This document shows, piece after piece, positions 18,177-28,546 of a stretch of 39,544 nucleotides of DNA. The position numbers and the translations under genes were made by a program. The first letter of the stretch is position 1. Every line of letters starts with the position of its first letter. The notes beneath the pieces were generated by a model, which was given only the letters and a program-made list of their open reading frames with translations, was not told the origin of the DNA and searched no databases. The stretch is taken from the sequence record SRR22947725_566, one strand, 5' to 3'.

Positions 18177-19370
18177 CTATTGGGAAATTTTCCAAAGGTT
18201 TTTGTCGGATCGAATATACAATCCGTCTGCTGCAAGGGCAGGGGTGGAAAGGATTGTTTCCTGCAGGTCAAGTGTGGCAATGACTTTTCCTTCGTCTTCT
18301 CCCAGTTTAATGATTTGCCCCAATCCGTCTTCATTAAAGAAGTAAAGATGGGAACGAGTCGCAACGGGAGAGCCACTGACTGGTCCTTTGATTCTCATTC
18401 GCCATAATATTTCTCCACTATCGATTTTTGCATAAGTAAGGACATTCGCTTTATTAATAACAAGAAATCGATTCCCTGAAATAGCTGGACTACCAGTGCC
18501 CGGACCTAATTTATTATCCTGCCATACCTCTGTGTGTGAATTCCCTCCTGTTCTTGTTTTAAGGGCAGTCAATCCATTGGAGGGAACTAAAAGTACATCC
18601 CCCACTGGAGTGGATGAGGGAATGCTGGATGCTCCATTCTGGTAACTCCAGGATTCTTTGCCATTCGTCGGGTTTATTAGAGATATCCCCTTAGTCGATT
18701 GAAGAGCTACTTTTTGATTTTTCCCAGTGCCCAGTAATACAGGAGATGTCCAATTTGCACCCTTGGGGCGAATGTTTCTCCATAATTCTTCGCCGTTTTT
18801 TAAATCGATTCCAGTAGTGAACGAATCGGCGTCATTTTCAACCTGTGCAATAAGCACTCCCTTTGAAATGAGGGGCGAAGAAGACATCCCCAGTCCGTTG
18901 GCGGCATTGGGGAAGTCATAGGTTAATCCTCTCAGCCAGAGGAGATCTCCATCCAAATCTACACAAAAAATATCGTTCGAAGAAAACTGGGCAACTACTA
19001 CTTCTCGATCGCTTACCATTGTGGGGGCAGCTACGCATGTTTTTTCATGGCAAATCGTCCGGCCCGTCGCTTTGAATTTTCTTTCCCAGATTAAATTCCC
19101 CTCGTTCTGGGAAAAGCAAAGAATGTGTAAGGTTTCTTGCTTGGGTCCACTGGATGCAGTCAGGAAAATTTTGCCATCCACTAAAATGGGACTGGATAAT
19201 CCACGCCCGGGTAGTTCTGACTTCCAAGAATTTTTATTTTCTTTTGAAAATTGAGTAATTGAATTAATCGAAGTTCCCCCATTTCCTAAGGATCCACGAA
19301 ATTGTAACCAATCTGCATTTAGAAATAAAGGAGAGAGGAGCGAAATTAAAAGAAGGAACCCGTTTTTCAT
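18177..19370 (-). CDS. Secreted PQQ-like (BamB-type) beta-propeller protein
   Basis: Signal peptide, then DWLQFRG, LPGRGLSSPIL, repeated G-x-x-x-W motifs and SSP/STP repeats. Start placed at ATG 19370. Confidence 0.85.
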   Translation of the reverse strand: MKNGFLLLISLLSPLFLNADWLQFRGSLGNGGTSINSITQFSKENKNSWKSELPGRGLSSPILVDGKIFLTASSGPKQETLHILCFSQNEGNLIWERKFKATGRTICHEKTCVAAPTMVSDREVVVAQFSSNDIFCVDLDGDLLWLRGLTYDFPNAANGLGMSSSPLISKGVLIAQVENDADSFTTGIDLKNGEELWRNIRPKGANWTSPVLLGTGKNQKVALQSTKGISLINPTNGKESWSYQNGASSIPSSTPVGDVLLVPSNGLTALKTRTGGNSHTEVWQDNKLGPGTGSPAISGNRFLVINKANVLTYAKIDSGEILWRMRIKGPVSGSPVATRSHLYFFNEDGLGQIIKLGEDEGKVIATLDLQETILSTPALAADGLYIRSDKNLWKISQ

Positions 19371-19377
19371 AACTAAA

Positions 19378-20493
19378 TTATTTGATTGTTGAACCGTTCG
19401 AATGGATCGCCGATCCAGTGCGATCGGTAATGCGGAAGTTAAACTCCCATTGTTTTGTCCAGGACTGAGTTTGTTCATTTTGACAGACCTTTAACAAAAT
19501 TTCATTCACTCCTTCCTGTAATTTACCTTCGATTATAAACTGATCAATTCGAGTTTTACCACGATGATATTCATCCCGTGAGAAGAGAAGTGTGCCGTTT
19601 ACCCACATTTTCCAGGCATTCTTCGAACCAATCCGAAAATGGGCAGACTGTGCGAATTGAGAGTGAAATGTTGTTCTTGCATAGGCACATACCTCCTTTA
19701 GTTCGCCATATTTTTTATTAATATCAACCAGACCCAATTCGTCTTGTGTGGAAAACTTTTCCCATTTCACAATCCCATCCTTATTTTTGTGTTGTTCAGT
19801 CAGACCTTTTCCACTTTCAGGACCATATTCCACAGAAAAACCTTTCCGTTCGGAATTATCAAATGGACCCATTAACTGCCATTCTGGTAATAGCCCCATT
19901 AATTGGATCAAATTTATTTTTTCTCCTGCTTCTTCGAGCTCCCGACTTGCTTCTTTAATTTGTTCCACCTCCCTCGCTTGGATTAATGCTTTTTGGTATA
20001 GCTTAATTGCTTTTGGTTTTGCACTGGAATTTCTTGCTTTACTGAGGATCAATTCCACCGCCTTTTGCCTGAGTACTGGTGCGGGATCATCAATGAAAGA
20101 AGGAATTAATTGATCGGCCTTGGATGGCAGTTCGGATTGAAGGATTTGAAATGCCATATGCCTCGATTCCGCTTGGTTGGAGTGATCCTGTAGGAAAGCG
20201 ATGATTCTCTGAACGGGTAGTTGAGTGGTGTTTTGCTCGCATATTTTTTCGATTGCTGCCCGAATCCAATTATCGCCTAAATCATTAGCACGATTCATCG
20301 CCTCTAATAACTGAGGTATCGCAGAGGGAGGGAATTGGGAAACTTGAGGCCACGCTTTCATCGCCTCTCTGTTTCCTTCGCCCTGACTTTTAATAGCAAC
20401 CAAAGATTGAATTAAATTAGTGGAGTCTGGGGAACTTTGCACGGAAAGTTTCACACAGAAGAGACAGTATAAAATAGACAGATGTTTTATCAT
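19378..20493 (-). CDS. Secreted hypothetical protein: HEAT-like helical N-terminal half, PA14-like beta-sandwich C-terminal half
   Basis: Signal-like N-terminus and helical DDPAPVLRQKAV. C-terminal WQLMGPFDN...AYART...KMWVNG...GVNEILLKV pattern. Confidence 0.6.
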   Translation of the reverse strand: MIKHLSILYCLFCVKLSVQSSPDSTNLIQSLVAIKSQGEGNREAMKAWPQVSQFPPSAIPQLLEAMNRANDLGDNWIRAAIEKICEQNTTQLPVQRIIAFLQDHSNQAESRHMAFQILQSELPSKADQLIPSFIDDPAPVLRQKAVELILSKARNSSAKPKAIKLYQKALIQAREVEQIKEASRELEEAGEKINLIQLMGLLPEWQLMGPFDNSERKGFSVEYGPESGKGLTEQHKNKDGIVKWEKFSTQDELGLVDINKKYGELKEVCAYARTTFHSQFAQSAHFRIGSKNAWKMWVNGTLLFSRDEYHRGKTRIDQFIIEGKLQEGVNEILLKVCQNEQTQSWTKQWEFNFRITDRTGSAIHSNGSTIK

Positions 20494-20596
20494 TACTCTC
20501 CACTTTTTAAAAAGTTTACACTTTCCGCAAAAGAAAAATAGAGGGAGGATCTCTTTTTGTTTTGCATAGTTGATGAACTTTCAATGAACAGGAAGC

Positions 20597-21481
20597 ATGA
20601 AATTGTTGATACTTCTACTTTTTATCCTTCCCCACTTGGTTATTTGGGGTGACTCAATCGATAGTATTTTGATTTGGCCTGGCGATGCACCGGGAGAAAC
20701 CAATGGAGAAGTGCCTCCCGAAAAAGTAATTCCAGCCAAAAATGCTGATGATGTTCTCCGTATTTCAAATGTGTCAGAACCCACCATCACATTTTTCCCT
20801 GCCGATCCCAAAATTGCCAATCAAAGTGCGGTTCTGGTCTGCCCGGGTGGAGGGTATAATATTTTAGCTTATCAACATGAAGGAACGGATGTTTGCAAAT
20901 GGTTAAATTCCTTTGGGGTAACTGCTGTTCTTCTTAAATACCGAGTTCCCCGAAGAAATGGGCGGGAAAAACATGAAGCACCCTTACAGGATGCACAGAG
21001 GGCAATGAGGCTCATTCGAAAGGATGCGAAGGAATTAAATGTAAACCCCAATAAAGTGGGAATTCTGGGTTTCTCTGCGGGAGGGAATTTAGCCGTTATG
21101 GCGTCCACTGAATTTAAAAAGAAAACCTATCCATTCATCGACTCTGCGGATGAACTTTCTTGTCGTCCGGATTTCTCGTTATTAATTTATCCTGCCTACC
21201 TCGTGGATCGAAAAGAAAGAAAACAATTATTCCCTGCAATTCAAGTGACTCCAGAATGTCCGCCATGTTTTTTTGCACACACCGGAGATGATCATGTTCC
21301 CGCAGAGGGGAGTGCTCTGCTTTATCTGGCTTTGGAACGAGCAGGAGTCATTGGAAACGAGTTACATTTGTATCCCTTCGGTGGGCATGGATATGGAATG
21401 AAAAAGTCGGAGCAAATGGTCGCCACATGGCCGAGTCGTGCTCAGGATTGGATGAATGCAATGGGGTGGCTCAAAAAATGA
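20597..21481 (+). CDS. Secreted alpha/beta hydrolase (carbohydrate esterase-like)
   Basis: Oxyanion CPGGGY, nucleophile GFSAG, RPDF, catalytic His in GGHGYG. Confidence 0.88.
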   Translation: MKLLILLLFILPHLVIWGDSIDSILIWPGDAPGETNGEVPPEKVIPAKNADDVLRISNVSEPTITFFPADPKIANQSAVLVCPGGGYNILAYQHEGTDVCKWLNSFGVTAVLLKYRVPRRNGREKHEAPLQDAQRAMRLIRKDAKELNVNPNKVGILGFSAGGNLAVMASTEFKKKTYPFIDSADELSCRPDFSLLIYPAYLVDRKERKQLFPAIQVTPECPPCFFAHTGDDHVPAEGSALLYLALERAGVIGNELHLYPFGGHGYGMKKSEQMVATWPSRAQDWMNAMGWLKK

Positions 21482-22512
21482 ATACACCCGACTCCTTTCA
21501 CGCCTTACGATATCACGAATATGGCAACCCGGTTGAAGTTTTAAAATTAGAAAAAACTTCTTTGCCTCCCTGCAGTAAAGGCGAGGTGATTATACAAATG
21601 CAGGCCTCTGCTCTTCATCCTTCTGATGTTGGATTAATTAATGGCTCTTATGGCTCGCTGCGCGAGCTTCCCGCGACTGGGGGCAGGGAAGGGGTTGGAA
21701 CTGTATATTCTGTGGGAGAGGGTGTGGACGAGAAGTTGCTTGGGCGTCCTGTTTCGTGTCCTTTTTCTGTCGGCAGTTGGCAGGAATTTACCAAGGAGAA
21801 TGCAGATCAACTTATCTTACTCCCCGCACTTGTACCATTTGATCAATTAGCACTGTCCCTTTTAAATCCAATGACGGCGTGGCGTTTATTAAATGATTTT
21901 GAATACTTAAAATCGGGTAATTTCATAGTCCAAAATGCGGGGAATTCAGCGGTAGGACTTTCGGTTATTCAATTTGCAGCCAAGTTGGGTGTCAGATGTA
22001 TCAGTTTGGTACGCAGTGAGAGTGCGCGTGAAAAGCTTTTATCTTTTGGGAAAACAGAAGTTTTTTTGGATCAAGATGATGTAGTGGAGAAAATATCCTT
22101 ACTGACAGAAGGCAAAAAATGCGTAATGGCCTTAAATTCAGTCGGAGGAAAAAGTGCCCTCCGACTGGCAAAATGTCTGTCCAAAGGGGGAGTTCATGTT
22201 ACCTTTGGTGCGATGGATGGTGAGGCAATTCGATTCCCGACCCGGAATTTAATCTTTGATGATATTCGATTTGTTGGCTTTTGGCTGGACCGCTGGAAGG
22301 AGAGTAGGGGGTTGAATGATATTCGAAAATCAATCGAAAGTGTACTCCAACCCCTTGCCTTGATGGAAATCAGGCACCCCGTTGATTCAATTTTTAATTT
22401 AAATGAATTTGCACAGGCTTTCTCGCGAAACAATGAAACTCGCCTCGGCAAGGTTTTATTTGCCCGGGATAAAGAGTCTCTTAAGCAGCCTAAGGATTCA
22501 ACTGGCGAGTAA
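21478..22512 (+). CDS. Medium-chain reductase, 2-enoyl thioester reductase (ETR/MECR-like)
   Basis: HPSDVGLING, GGREGVG, NPMTAWRLL, QNAGNSAVG, ALNSVGG, TFGAM, GFWL. ATG 21478 overlaps the upstream stop (ATGA). Confidence 0.88.
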   Translation: MNTPDSFHALRYHEYGNPVEVLKLEKTSLPPCSKGEVIIQMQASALHPSDVGLINGSYGSLRELPATGGREGVGTVYSVGEGVDEKLLGRPVSCPFSVGSWQEFTKENADQLILLPALVPFDQLALSLLNPMTAWRLLNDFEYLKSGNFIVQNAGNSAVGLSVIQFAAKLGVRCISLVRSESAREKLLSFGKTEVFLDQDDVVEKISLLTEGKKCVMALNSVGGKSALRLAKCLSKGGVHVTFGAMDGEAIRFPTRNLIFDDIRFVGFWLDRWKESRGLNDIRKSIESVLQPLALMEIRHPVDSIFNLNEFAQAFSRNNETRLGKVLFARDKESLKQPKDSTGE

Positions 22513-23362
22513 GGGAAGGAAGTGAGAAATACTTCCCGGGGCAGGCCGTGTGGCCCTTGTGCAGTACTTTGTGGGTCGTAACTTGACTTTTCGGGATTGA
22601 GCATCTCTTCATTAAGTATTCACATAATCCTTCCAATGTCTTCATTTGTCTTGAAGTGGGTGGCTTTATTTCAAAATTCCCAATCAAACAAATCCCGATA
22701 CAGGTTTGATTCCAACTTAGTTTTTTGACATGTCCCCCGTCTAATTGCCCCTTCCATCTTCCTCCAATAAAAACCTCACCATCTGTAGCTTTTCGGGAAC
22801 CGTTTGAAATTACGAAGTGATACGCGAGGCCATTTTTCATCCCTCTGACTTTGTGCACTCTGTGCATATTCATGGCATCATCTACCGGGGTTGCGGAATG
22901 GTGAATAATGATTTTTTTCCACTTGCCCGATTTAGGTCTGATAGTGGCAAGCGTTCTGAGTAGGCTACTCGGAAGCAAACTGGGTGCCTTTACGGTCGAA
23001 CCTTTTACTGGAATAATAATTTTCTGACCGATCTTGATCAGGTTCGGGCTGGATATTCCATTCCGAGAGGACAGTGCACTCTGCGAAACCCCAAATCGAG
23101 AGGCAATACTGCTCAGGCTATCTCCTTTTCTTACCAAATAAGGAACTTCTGGAGTGGGACCACTGGGAATTTTTAATTTTTTCCCGACAAAAAGAAGGTT
23201 AGGGTTTGAAATTCCATTGTAAGCCTGAATGGCATTTGCTGAGACTCCGTATTTTTGTGCGATTGCACTCAGTGTCTCGTTCTTACGAACCACATGGGTG
23301 GACTCTGCATGTGCAAAGAAAGACCCACCGTAAACCGATATTAAAAAAAATAAGAACCTCAT
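22490..23362 (-). CDS. Two LysM domains plus N-acetylmuramoyl-L-alanine amidase (Amidase_2)
   Basis: HVVRKNETLSAIA and YLVRKGDSLSSIA LysM repeats. IIIHHSAT, AYHFVI, IGICLIGNF, H...TACPG zinc ligands. Confidence 0.92.
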   Translation of the reverse strand: MRFLFFLISVYGGSFFAHAESTHVVRKNETLSAIAQKYGVSANAIQAYNGISNPNLLFVGKKLKIPSGPTPEVPYLVRKGDSLSSIASRFGVSQSALSSRNGISSPNLIKIGQKIIIPVKGSTVKAPSLLPSSLLRTLATIRPKSGKWKKIIIHHSATPVDDAMNMHRVHKVRGMKNGLAYHFVISNGSRKATDGEVFIGGRWKGQLDGGHVKKLSWNQTCIGICLIGNFEIKPPTSRQMKTLEGLCEYLMKRCSIPKSQVTTHKVLHKGHTACPGKYFSLPSLTRQLNP

Positions 23363-23476
23363 CTACCAAGTTCTTTTCTTTGTAAAACCCACTACCTTGG
23401 CAACAAAGAACTTATTTGCGGTCGAAATAAATGATTTATTTTTGCTACAAATTAAAAAATGTATATTGTCGTCTAA

Positions 23477-23884
23477 ATGAAACTCCGCACTAAGGCATGG
23501 TTAGTATCCCAAGGACTGTTAATCGTGACCGCGATAATAATTCAATTTACCTTTCACCGTGAGATACAGGTGGGGCCTATTTTGGGCACTCCCACTCGTG
23601 ATTACTGGGATATTATTTTAAAGGAGGAACCAATCATTCCTCCCTCATTGATTGACCAAAATATAAGTGCGAAATTTTATGACGCCCGTTTGGAAATGAC
23701 TTCGGAGCAGGTATTGGCACGAAATTTAGTAGTCCATCGCCGAGCAGTACGTCAGGAAAAGGGGATTCGAGTCGCATTAACGGGTGGTTTTATCGTAAAT
23801 ATTTTATATTTTTTCGCATTCCATTTACTTTATTTTTACTTCAAAAGATCAGTGGTTCGAAAAGATATTCCTACTCCCAATTAA
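23477..23884 (+). CDS. Hypothetical membrane protein (2 TM)
   Basis: Clean ORF with N- and C-terminal hydrophobic segments. No family recognised. Confidence 0.6.
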   Translation: MKLRTKAWLVSQGLLIVTAIIIQFTFHREIQVGPILGTPTRDYWDIILKEEPIIPPSLIDQNISAKFYDARLEMTSEQVLARNLVVHRRAVRQEKGIRVALTGGFIVNILYFFAFHLLYFYFKRSVVRKDIPTPN

Positions 23885-23942
23885 AAAAAAATAATCTTTA
23901 TTGTTGCTAAGTAGCGATTAACTTTTTGCATACGAGATATCA

Positions 23943-24956
23943 ATGATGATTAATTTGAATAAATCCTTCGTATTTCCTTCCCTCATTCTGTTTGGGTCTT
24001 TTTTCATTAGTGTTTTCACGATGGCTCAAGGGACATACGATTCCGAGTATAAGTCATATTCGAGTAAGAAACCGGTGGTTGATTACTACGAGAACATGGA
24101 CGACAAGAGCTTTTACCAACAAAAGAGAATCCACGGAATGAAGGGTGAGCTCAATAATTACTCTGAAAAACTCCACAACCTTCAGGATCGATTTGACAAA
24201 ATATTTTATGGATTGTCTTCCCAGGGAAGCTTTAAGACTCCATTTGACACCTCGAACCAACCCGCAAGACCGGTCATTCAACCAAGAGTGGAGTACACTC
24301 CTCCTCCAGCACAGGTAAACTCTTCCCTTCTTGATGATATTCCTGTTGTGGGAGAACAACCCTCTGCTAATCAACTGGCATTCAATGTAGATTCCCCTGG
24401 GACATTTACGCAGGATCAAAAAGTAGTCAGTACCTTTAATCCGAATTCTAAAAACGGGGCAGGGTACTATTTTTTATTTCGTCCGGGGATGGCTTTTGCT
24501 TCTAAAATTCACAAAAACGCAGATTCGTACAAACGGTTTGATGATGGATTTTCTGCGACTATTGCCGGTGGATTCAAGGTGAATAACTTTAATATTGGTT
24601 TGGGTGGTGTTTACAAAAGACATTCCTTTCACGACGACTCAAAATTGAGAACGCCATTACAACCGTTAACTGGAGATAGTGAGACCTACTCGGGATTTTT
24701 AGACCTAGGGTACAATCTCAATGTATCCCATTCAATTGATTTGTATGCAGGTATTGGGGTGGGGTATTATTTATCGTTAATTGATGACAAACGGGATCTA
24801 AGTTCTCGAAAAGATCATGGTGTATTTCTTACCGGGTCAACCGGTATTTCCTGGAGAATGAGTGAAGTTTTTGCTTTGAGTCTTGGGTATCGTTATTTTC
24901 ATGAAGATGAGGTGCCGGCTCACATTGTTGAACTAGGTGCCAACTTTACCTTCTAG
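23943..24956 (+). CDS. Outer-membrane beta-barrel protein (opacity/OmpA-TM-like) with a long N-terminal extension
   Basis: Signal peptide, alternating strands (YAGIGVGYY, LSLGYRYF) and C-terminal LGANFTF beta-signal. Confidence 0.75.
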   Translation: MMINLNKSFVFPSLILFGSFFISVFTMAQGTYDSEYKSYSSKKPVVDYYENMDDKSFYQQKRIHGMKGELNNYSEKLHNLQDRFDKIFYGLSSQGSFKTPFDTSNQPARPVIQPRVEYTPPPAQVNSSLLDDIPVVGEQPSANQLAFNVDSPGTFTQDQKVVSTFNPNSKNGAGYYFLFRPGMAFASKIHKNADSYKRFDDGFSATIAGGFKVNNFNIGLGGVYKRHSFHDDSKLRTPLQPLTGDSETYSGFLDLGYNLNVSHSIDLYAGIGVGYYLSLIDDKRDLSSRKDHGVFLTGSTGISWRMSEVFALSLGYRYFHEDEVPAHIVELGANFTF

Positions 24957-24964
24957 TCCATAAG

Positions 24965-25639
24965 ATGATTGATCCTCAAAGGGTCGCTCCAGGCAATCCA
25001 TTCACGTTAGGACTCAAGAATCGCTGTATTCTCTTCCCCTTTGGTTTACTGTACCGCTTCTGGGTCCGTACCATTCGCTTTCAGTTTCTTCACCCGTCGG
25101 ACAAAGAGGAAATTGAAAAGAATGAACACCCAGTTATCATTACTCTTTGGCATAACCGCCTCTTTCTCGCGGGAGAATGGCAGCGAAGATACAGGAAGAA
25201 AAGGAAGTGCTTTGGTTTGATTAGTGCAAGTCGAGATGGTGCCTGGCTTGAGGCATTTTATGGTTGGTCAGGTATACACTCGGTCCGTGGTTCGAGTAAT
25301 CGTGGCGGCTCGAAGGCAATTCGGGATTTAGTTAAGAAACTGAAGGGTGGCCATGATATCGGCATCACTCCGGATGGTTCAAGAGGTCCTTGCTATACCG
25401 CAAAACCGGGGGGGGTATTAGTTGCCAAGCTTGCTAAAGCTCCCTTGTTATTGGTCACTTTTGAATATGCTGGCTCTTTTCGATTAAAGTCATGGGATCG
25501 ATTCGTGATTCCATTTCCCTTTTCCACCGTGCGGGTTCGTACCAAATCTCTCTCTGCGAGTGACTTACTAGAAAATTCTTCGATCGAAGATGCAGCAGGT
25601 ACATTAACGAACGCACTAAGCGAGCTTACATTCGATTAA
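24965..25639 (+). CDS. DUF374 / lysophospholipid acyltransferase family protein
   Basis: LWHNRL, ISASRDG, VRGSSNRGG, ITPDGSRGP, SWDRFVIPFPF. Confidence 0.88.
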   Translation: MIDPQRVAPGNPFTLGLKNRCILFPFGLLYRFWVRTIRFQFLHPSDKEEIEKNEHPVIITLWHNRLFLAGEWQRRYRKKRKCFGLISASRDGAWLEAFYGWSGIHSVRGSSNRGGSKAIRDLVKKLKGGHDIGITPDGSRGPCYTAKPGGVLVAKLAKAPLLLVTFEYAGSFRLKSWDRFVIPFPFSTVRVRTKSLSASDLLENSSIEDAAGTLTNALSELTFD

Positions 25640-25729
25640 TTACTGATTACTCATTAAAAGTTTTTCAATGTACCCTAATCCTCTTGCTTTGGTCGCTATA
25701 AACCTTTTCCTTAGCCCTTTTTTATTCGC

Positions 25730-26461
25730 ATGAATGTGGTATTAAAGACGGAGCGTCTCAGTAAAGACTTTGGCGCTACCCGGGCAGTTGATAACTTGAG
25801 CATTGAACTCAATCGGGGAACTATAACTGCACTTTTGGGGGGGAACGGTGCTGGGAAAACGACCACCTTATCGATGTTACTGGGATTGCTCCTTCCTACT
25901 TCGGGAAAAATCACTACATTTGGATATGATTTTGTAAAAGATCGATACCCTGCACTTGCCAGAATGAATTTCTCCTCCCCCTATGTTGATTTACCGCAAC
26001 GATTAACGGTCCGGGAAAATCTGACCGTATATGCAAAGCTCTACGGATTAAAAAATATCAAGAATACCGTCCAGGAGATGGTGGAAACATTCAGGTTGGA
26101 AGAATTTATTGACCGCAGGGTAAGGAAGTTATCCGCGGGGCAAAAAACCCGTGTTTCTTTGGCAAAAGCGCTGATTAATCATCCCGAGTTACTTTTATTG
26201 GATGAACCCACAGCCAGCTTAGATCCAGTAACTGTCGCTTGGATTCGGGAATTTCTAAAGAATTATCAGGAAGAACGAAAAGCGACCATTTTACTTGCTT
26301 CTCATGACATGAAAGAAGTGGAGCAATTATGTGAAAATGTCCTGTTACTCAGTCGTGGGAAATTGGTGGAGGAGGGCTCTCCCCAGGATTTGCTCAGGAA
26401 GTATGATCGAAAGACACTCGAAGAAGTATTTTTAGATGTGAGTGGGAGGAAAGAAGAATGA
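25730..26461 (+). CDS. ABC-2 type exporter ATP-binding protein
   Basis: GGNGAGKTT, LSAGQKTR, LLLDEPT, SHD. Confidence 0.92.
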   Translation: MNVVLKTERLSKDFGATRAVDNLSIELNRGTITALLGGNGAGKTTTLSMLLGLLLPTSGKITTFGYDFVKDRYPALARMNFSSPYVDLPQRLTVRENLTVYAKLYGLKNIKNTVQEMVETFRLEEFIDRRVRKLSAGQKTRVSLAKALINHPELLLLDEPTASLDPVTVAWIREFLKNYQEERKATILLASHDMKEVEQLCENVLLLSRGKLVEEGSPQDLLRKYDRKTLEEVFLDVSGRKEE

Positions 26462-27255
26462 GCACGGGAGCACTTTCACGCATCCAAGGGCTCTTGCTTC
26501 GTTATCTCTATGTATTAAGAAGTTCTTGGCCCCGGATTATTGAGATTTCTTATTGGCCCACTATGCAGCTCATCATTTGGGGCTTCGTCTCCCTTCACTT
26601 TGGGGCAAGTCAGCCCGAGCTTACCGCATCAGGCATATTGATCTCTGTTGTTTTAGTGTGGGATTCCCTGTTCCGTTCTCATGTCAGTTATACCCTGTCT
26701 TTTTTAGAAGAGATGTGGTCGAGAAATCTAGGGAACCTCTTCGTGGCACCGCTTCGACCATGGGAACTCATGATTGCACTCTCCACCATCAGTATGATTC
26801 GTACATTAATCGGAATGATTCCGGCGGCGCTTCTTGCTATTCCCTTTTTTGGTGTATCCGTGTTTGAGATGGGATTTCCATTATTGGCATTCTTTTTTAA
26901 TCTTGTCTTTACTGGCTGGGCAATTGCTCAAGTCGTGACCGGGATATTGATCCGTTATGGCCTGGGCGCAGAGAGTTTGACCTGGGTTATTCCCTTCATG
27001 ATCGCCCCCGTTTCCTGTATCTACTACCCACTCTCCACACTGCCGCCATGGCTACAGGATATCGCTCAACTAATACCGACTTCTTATGTATTTGAAGGGA
27101 TGCGTGCACTGTTGCTTGAGGGGCAATGGCGTGGAGATCTTTTACAAAAAGCATTCCTGCTCAATTGCTTCTACTTCGCCTGTGGATTGTGCATATTTCT
27201 TTTCGCATTTCGTTCTGCCCGAAAACATGGTTTGCTCTTGCAGACTGGCGAATAA
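26458..27255 (+). CDS. ABC-2 type exporter permease
   Basis: About 6 TM segments, YYPLSTLPPWLQ...PTSYVFEGMR. ATGA overlap with the ATPase gene. Confidence 0.88.
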   Translation: MSTGALSRIQGLLLRYLYVLRSSWPRIIEISYWPTMQLIIWGFVSLHFGASQPELTASGILISVVLVWDSLFRSHVSYTLSFLEEMWSRNLGNLFVAPLRPWELMIALSTISMIRTLIGMIPAALLAIPFFGVSVFEMGFPLLAFFFNLVFTGWAIAQVVTGILIRYGLGAESLTWVIPFMIAPVSCIYYPLSTLPPWLQDIAQLIPTSYVFEGMRALLLEGQWRGDLLQKAFLLNCFYFACGLCIFLFAFRSARKHGLLLQTGE

Positions 27256-27308
27256 AGTTTGTCCATTGCCAAAATCAATTTTCTATCTATATTTCTTCCC
27301 TTTTAATT

Positions 27309-28532
27309 ATGGCTAAAATCAATCAAAACTATCAAAAACTTTCTGCTGGCTACCTATTTCCTGAGATTGCCCGCAGAACTAATCAATTTTCGAGCGTGAA
27401 CCCAGGAGTTCAGATTATGCGCCTTGGCATTGGAGACACCACCGAACCAATCGTGCCCTCCGTGCTCACTGGTTTACATCAAGGAGTGGACAACTTGGGC
27501 AATGTGGAAAGTTATTCCGGTTATGGTCCCTCCGAGGGAATTACTCCATTACGCCAAGCCATCGCAGATTTTTATCAAGAACAGGGTGCCTCGATTGATA
27601 TGAGTGAAGTTTTTGTAAGCGAAGGGGCCAAGTCTGATTCGGCAAACATACAGGGTATATTTTCAGAAGATTGTGTGGTTGCCGTACAGGATCCTGCTTA
27701 TCCAGTATATGTTGACAGTAATGTAATTGCCGGTCGTACCGGATTGGCGGGAGAGAATGGATATGATGGGTTGATTTACATGCCCTGTACGGAAGAAAAT
27801 GGATTTTTTCCAGAATTACCCAAGGGCAAGGTGGACTTGATCTATCTTTGCAGTCCCAATAATCCTACCGGTGCAGTTGCGACCAAAGAACAACTTAAAA
27901 CATTTGTGGACTATGCCCGCGATCAAAAGGCAATTATTTTATATGATTCAGCTTATGCCTCTTTTATCACCGATCCTAGCCTGCCCAAAAGTATTTACGA
28001 AATTGAAGGTGCACATGAATGTGCTATTGAACTGAATAGTTTTTCCAAAACTGCAGGCTTTACCGGAGTTCGGTTGGCCTGGACAATTGTACCGCAGGCT
28101 TGCGTAACGGAAGATGCAGAGGCTGGGGTTTTGCATAGCTTATGGACTCGTCGTCAAAATACCTTTTTTAATGGTGCGTCTAATATTGTACAGGCTGGTG
28201 GTGTTGCGGTTTTAAGCGAGGAAGGGAGGAAGCAGACTAATGAACAGATCGCTTTTTATCTGAAAAATGCATCCATTATTAATGAAGGATTAAAGTCAAA
28301 AGGAATCCAGACTTTCGGGGGTGGGAATGCACCTTATGTTTGGCTCAAAACTCCCAATAATCTAACCTCGTGGGAATTCTTCGATAAATTACTGGGAGAA
28401 TGTCATGTGGTAGGCACTCCCGGTTCCGGCTTCGGTCCAGCAGGAGAGGGTTTCTTTCGACTCAGTGCCTTTGGGCATCGTGAAAATGTAGAAGCGGCCG
28501 TCGCCTCGATCAAAAATAATTTAAATATCTAA
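27309..28532 (+). CDS. dapL: LL-diaminopimelate aminotransferase
   Basis: GYLFPEI, LGIGDTT, DPAYPVYVDSN, CSPNNPTG, PLP lysine in SFSKTAGFTGVR, NAPYVW, TPGSGFG. Start placed at ATG 27309 (MAKINQNY). Confidence 0.96.
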   Translation: MAKINQNYQKLSAGYLFPEIARRTNQFSSVNPGVQIMRLGIGDTTEPIVPSVLTGLHQGVDNLGNVESYSGYGPSEGITPLRQAIADFYQEQGASIDMSEVFVSEGAKSDSANIQGIFSEDCVVAVQDPAYPVYVDSNVIAGRTGLAGENGYDGLIYMPCTEENGFFPELPKGKVDLIYLCSPNNPTGAVATKEQLKTFVDYARDQKAIILYDSAYASFITDPSLPKSIYEIEGAHECAIELNSFSKTAGFTGVRLAWTIVPQACVTEDAEAGVLHSLWTRRQNTFFNGASNIVQAGGVAVLSEEGRKQTNEQIAFYLKNASIINEGLKSKGIQTFGGGNAPYVWLKTPNNLTSWEFFDKLLGECHVVGTPGSGFGPAGEGFFRLSAFGHRENVEAAVASIKNNLNI

Positions 28533-28546
28533 CCTTGGTTGTCACG

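Noticed and set aside
27126-27308. 61-aa N-terminal extension of dapL in the ORF track
   Set aside because: Overlaps the permease gene, and DapL homology starts at MAKINQNY (27309). Similar over-extended starts were trimmed for purH, the CbiX-like gene, the propeller, ETR, nupC and flagellin B.
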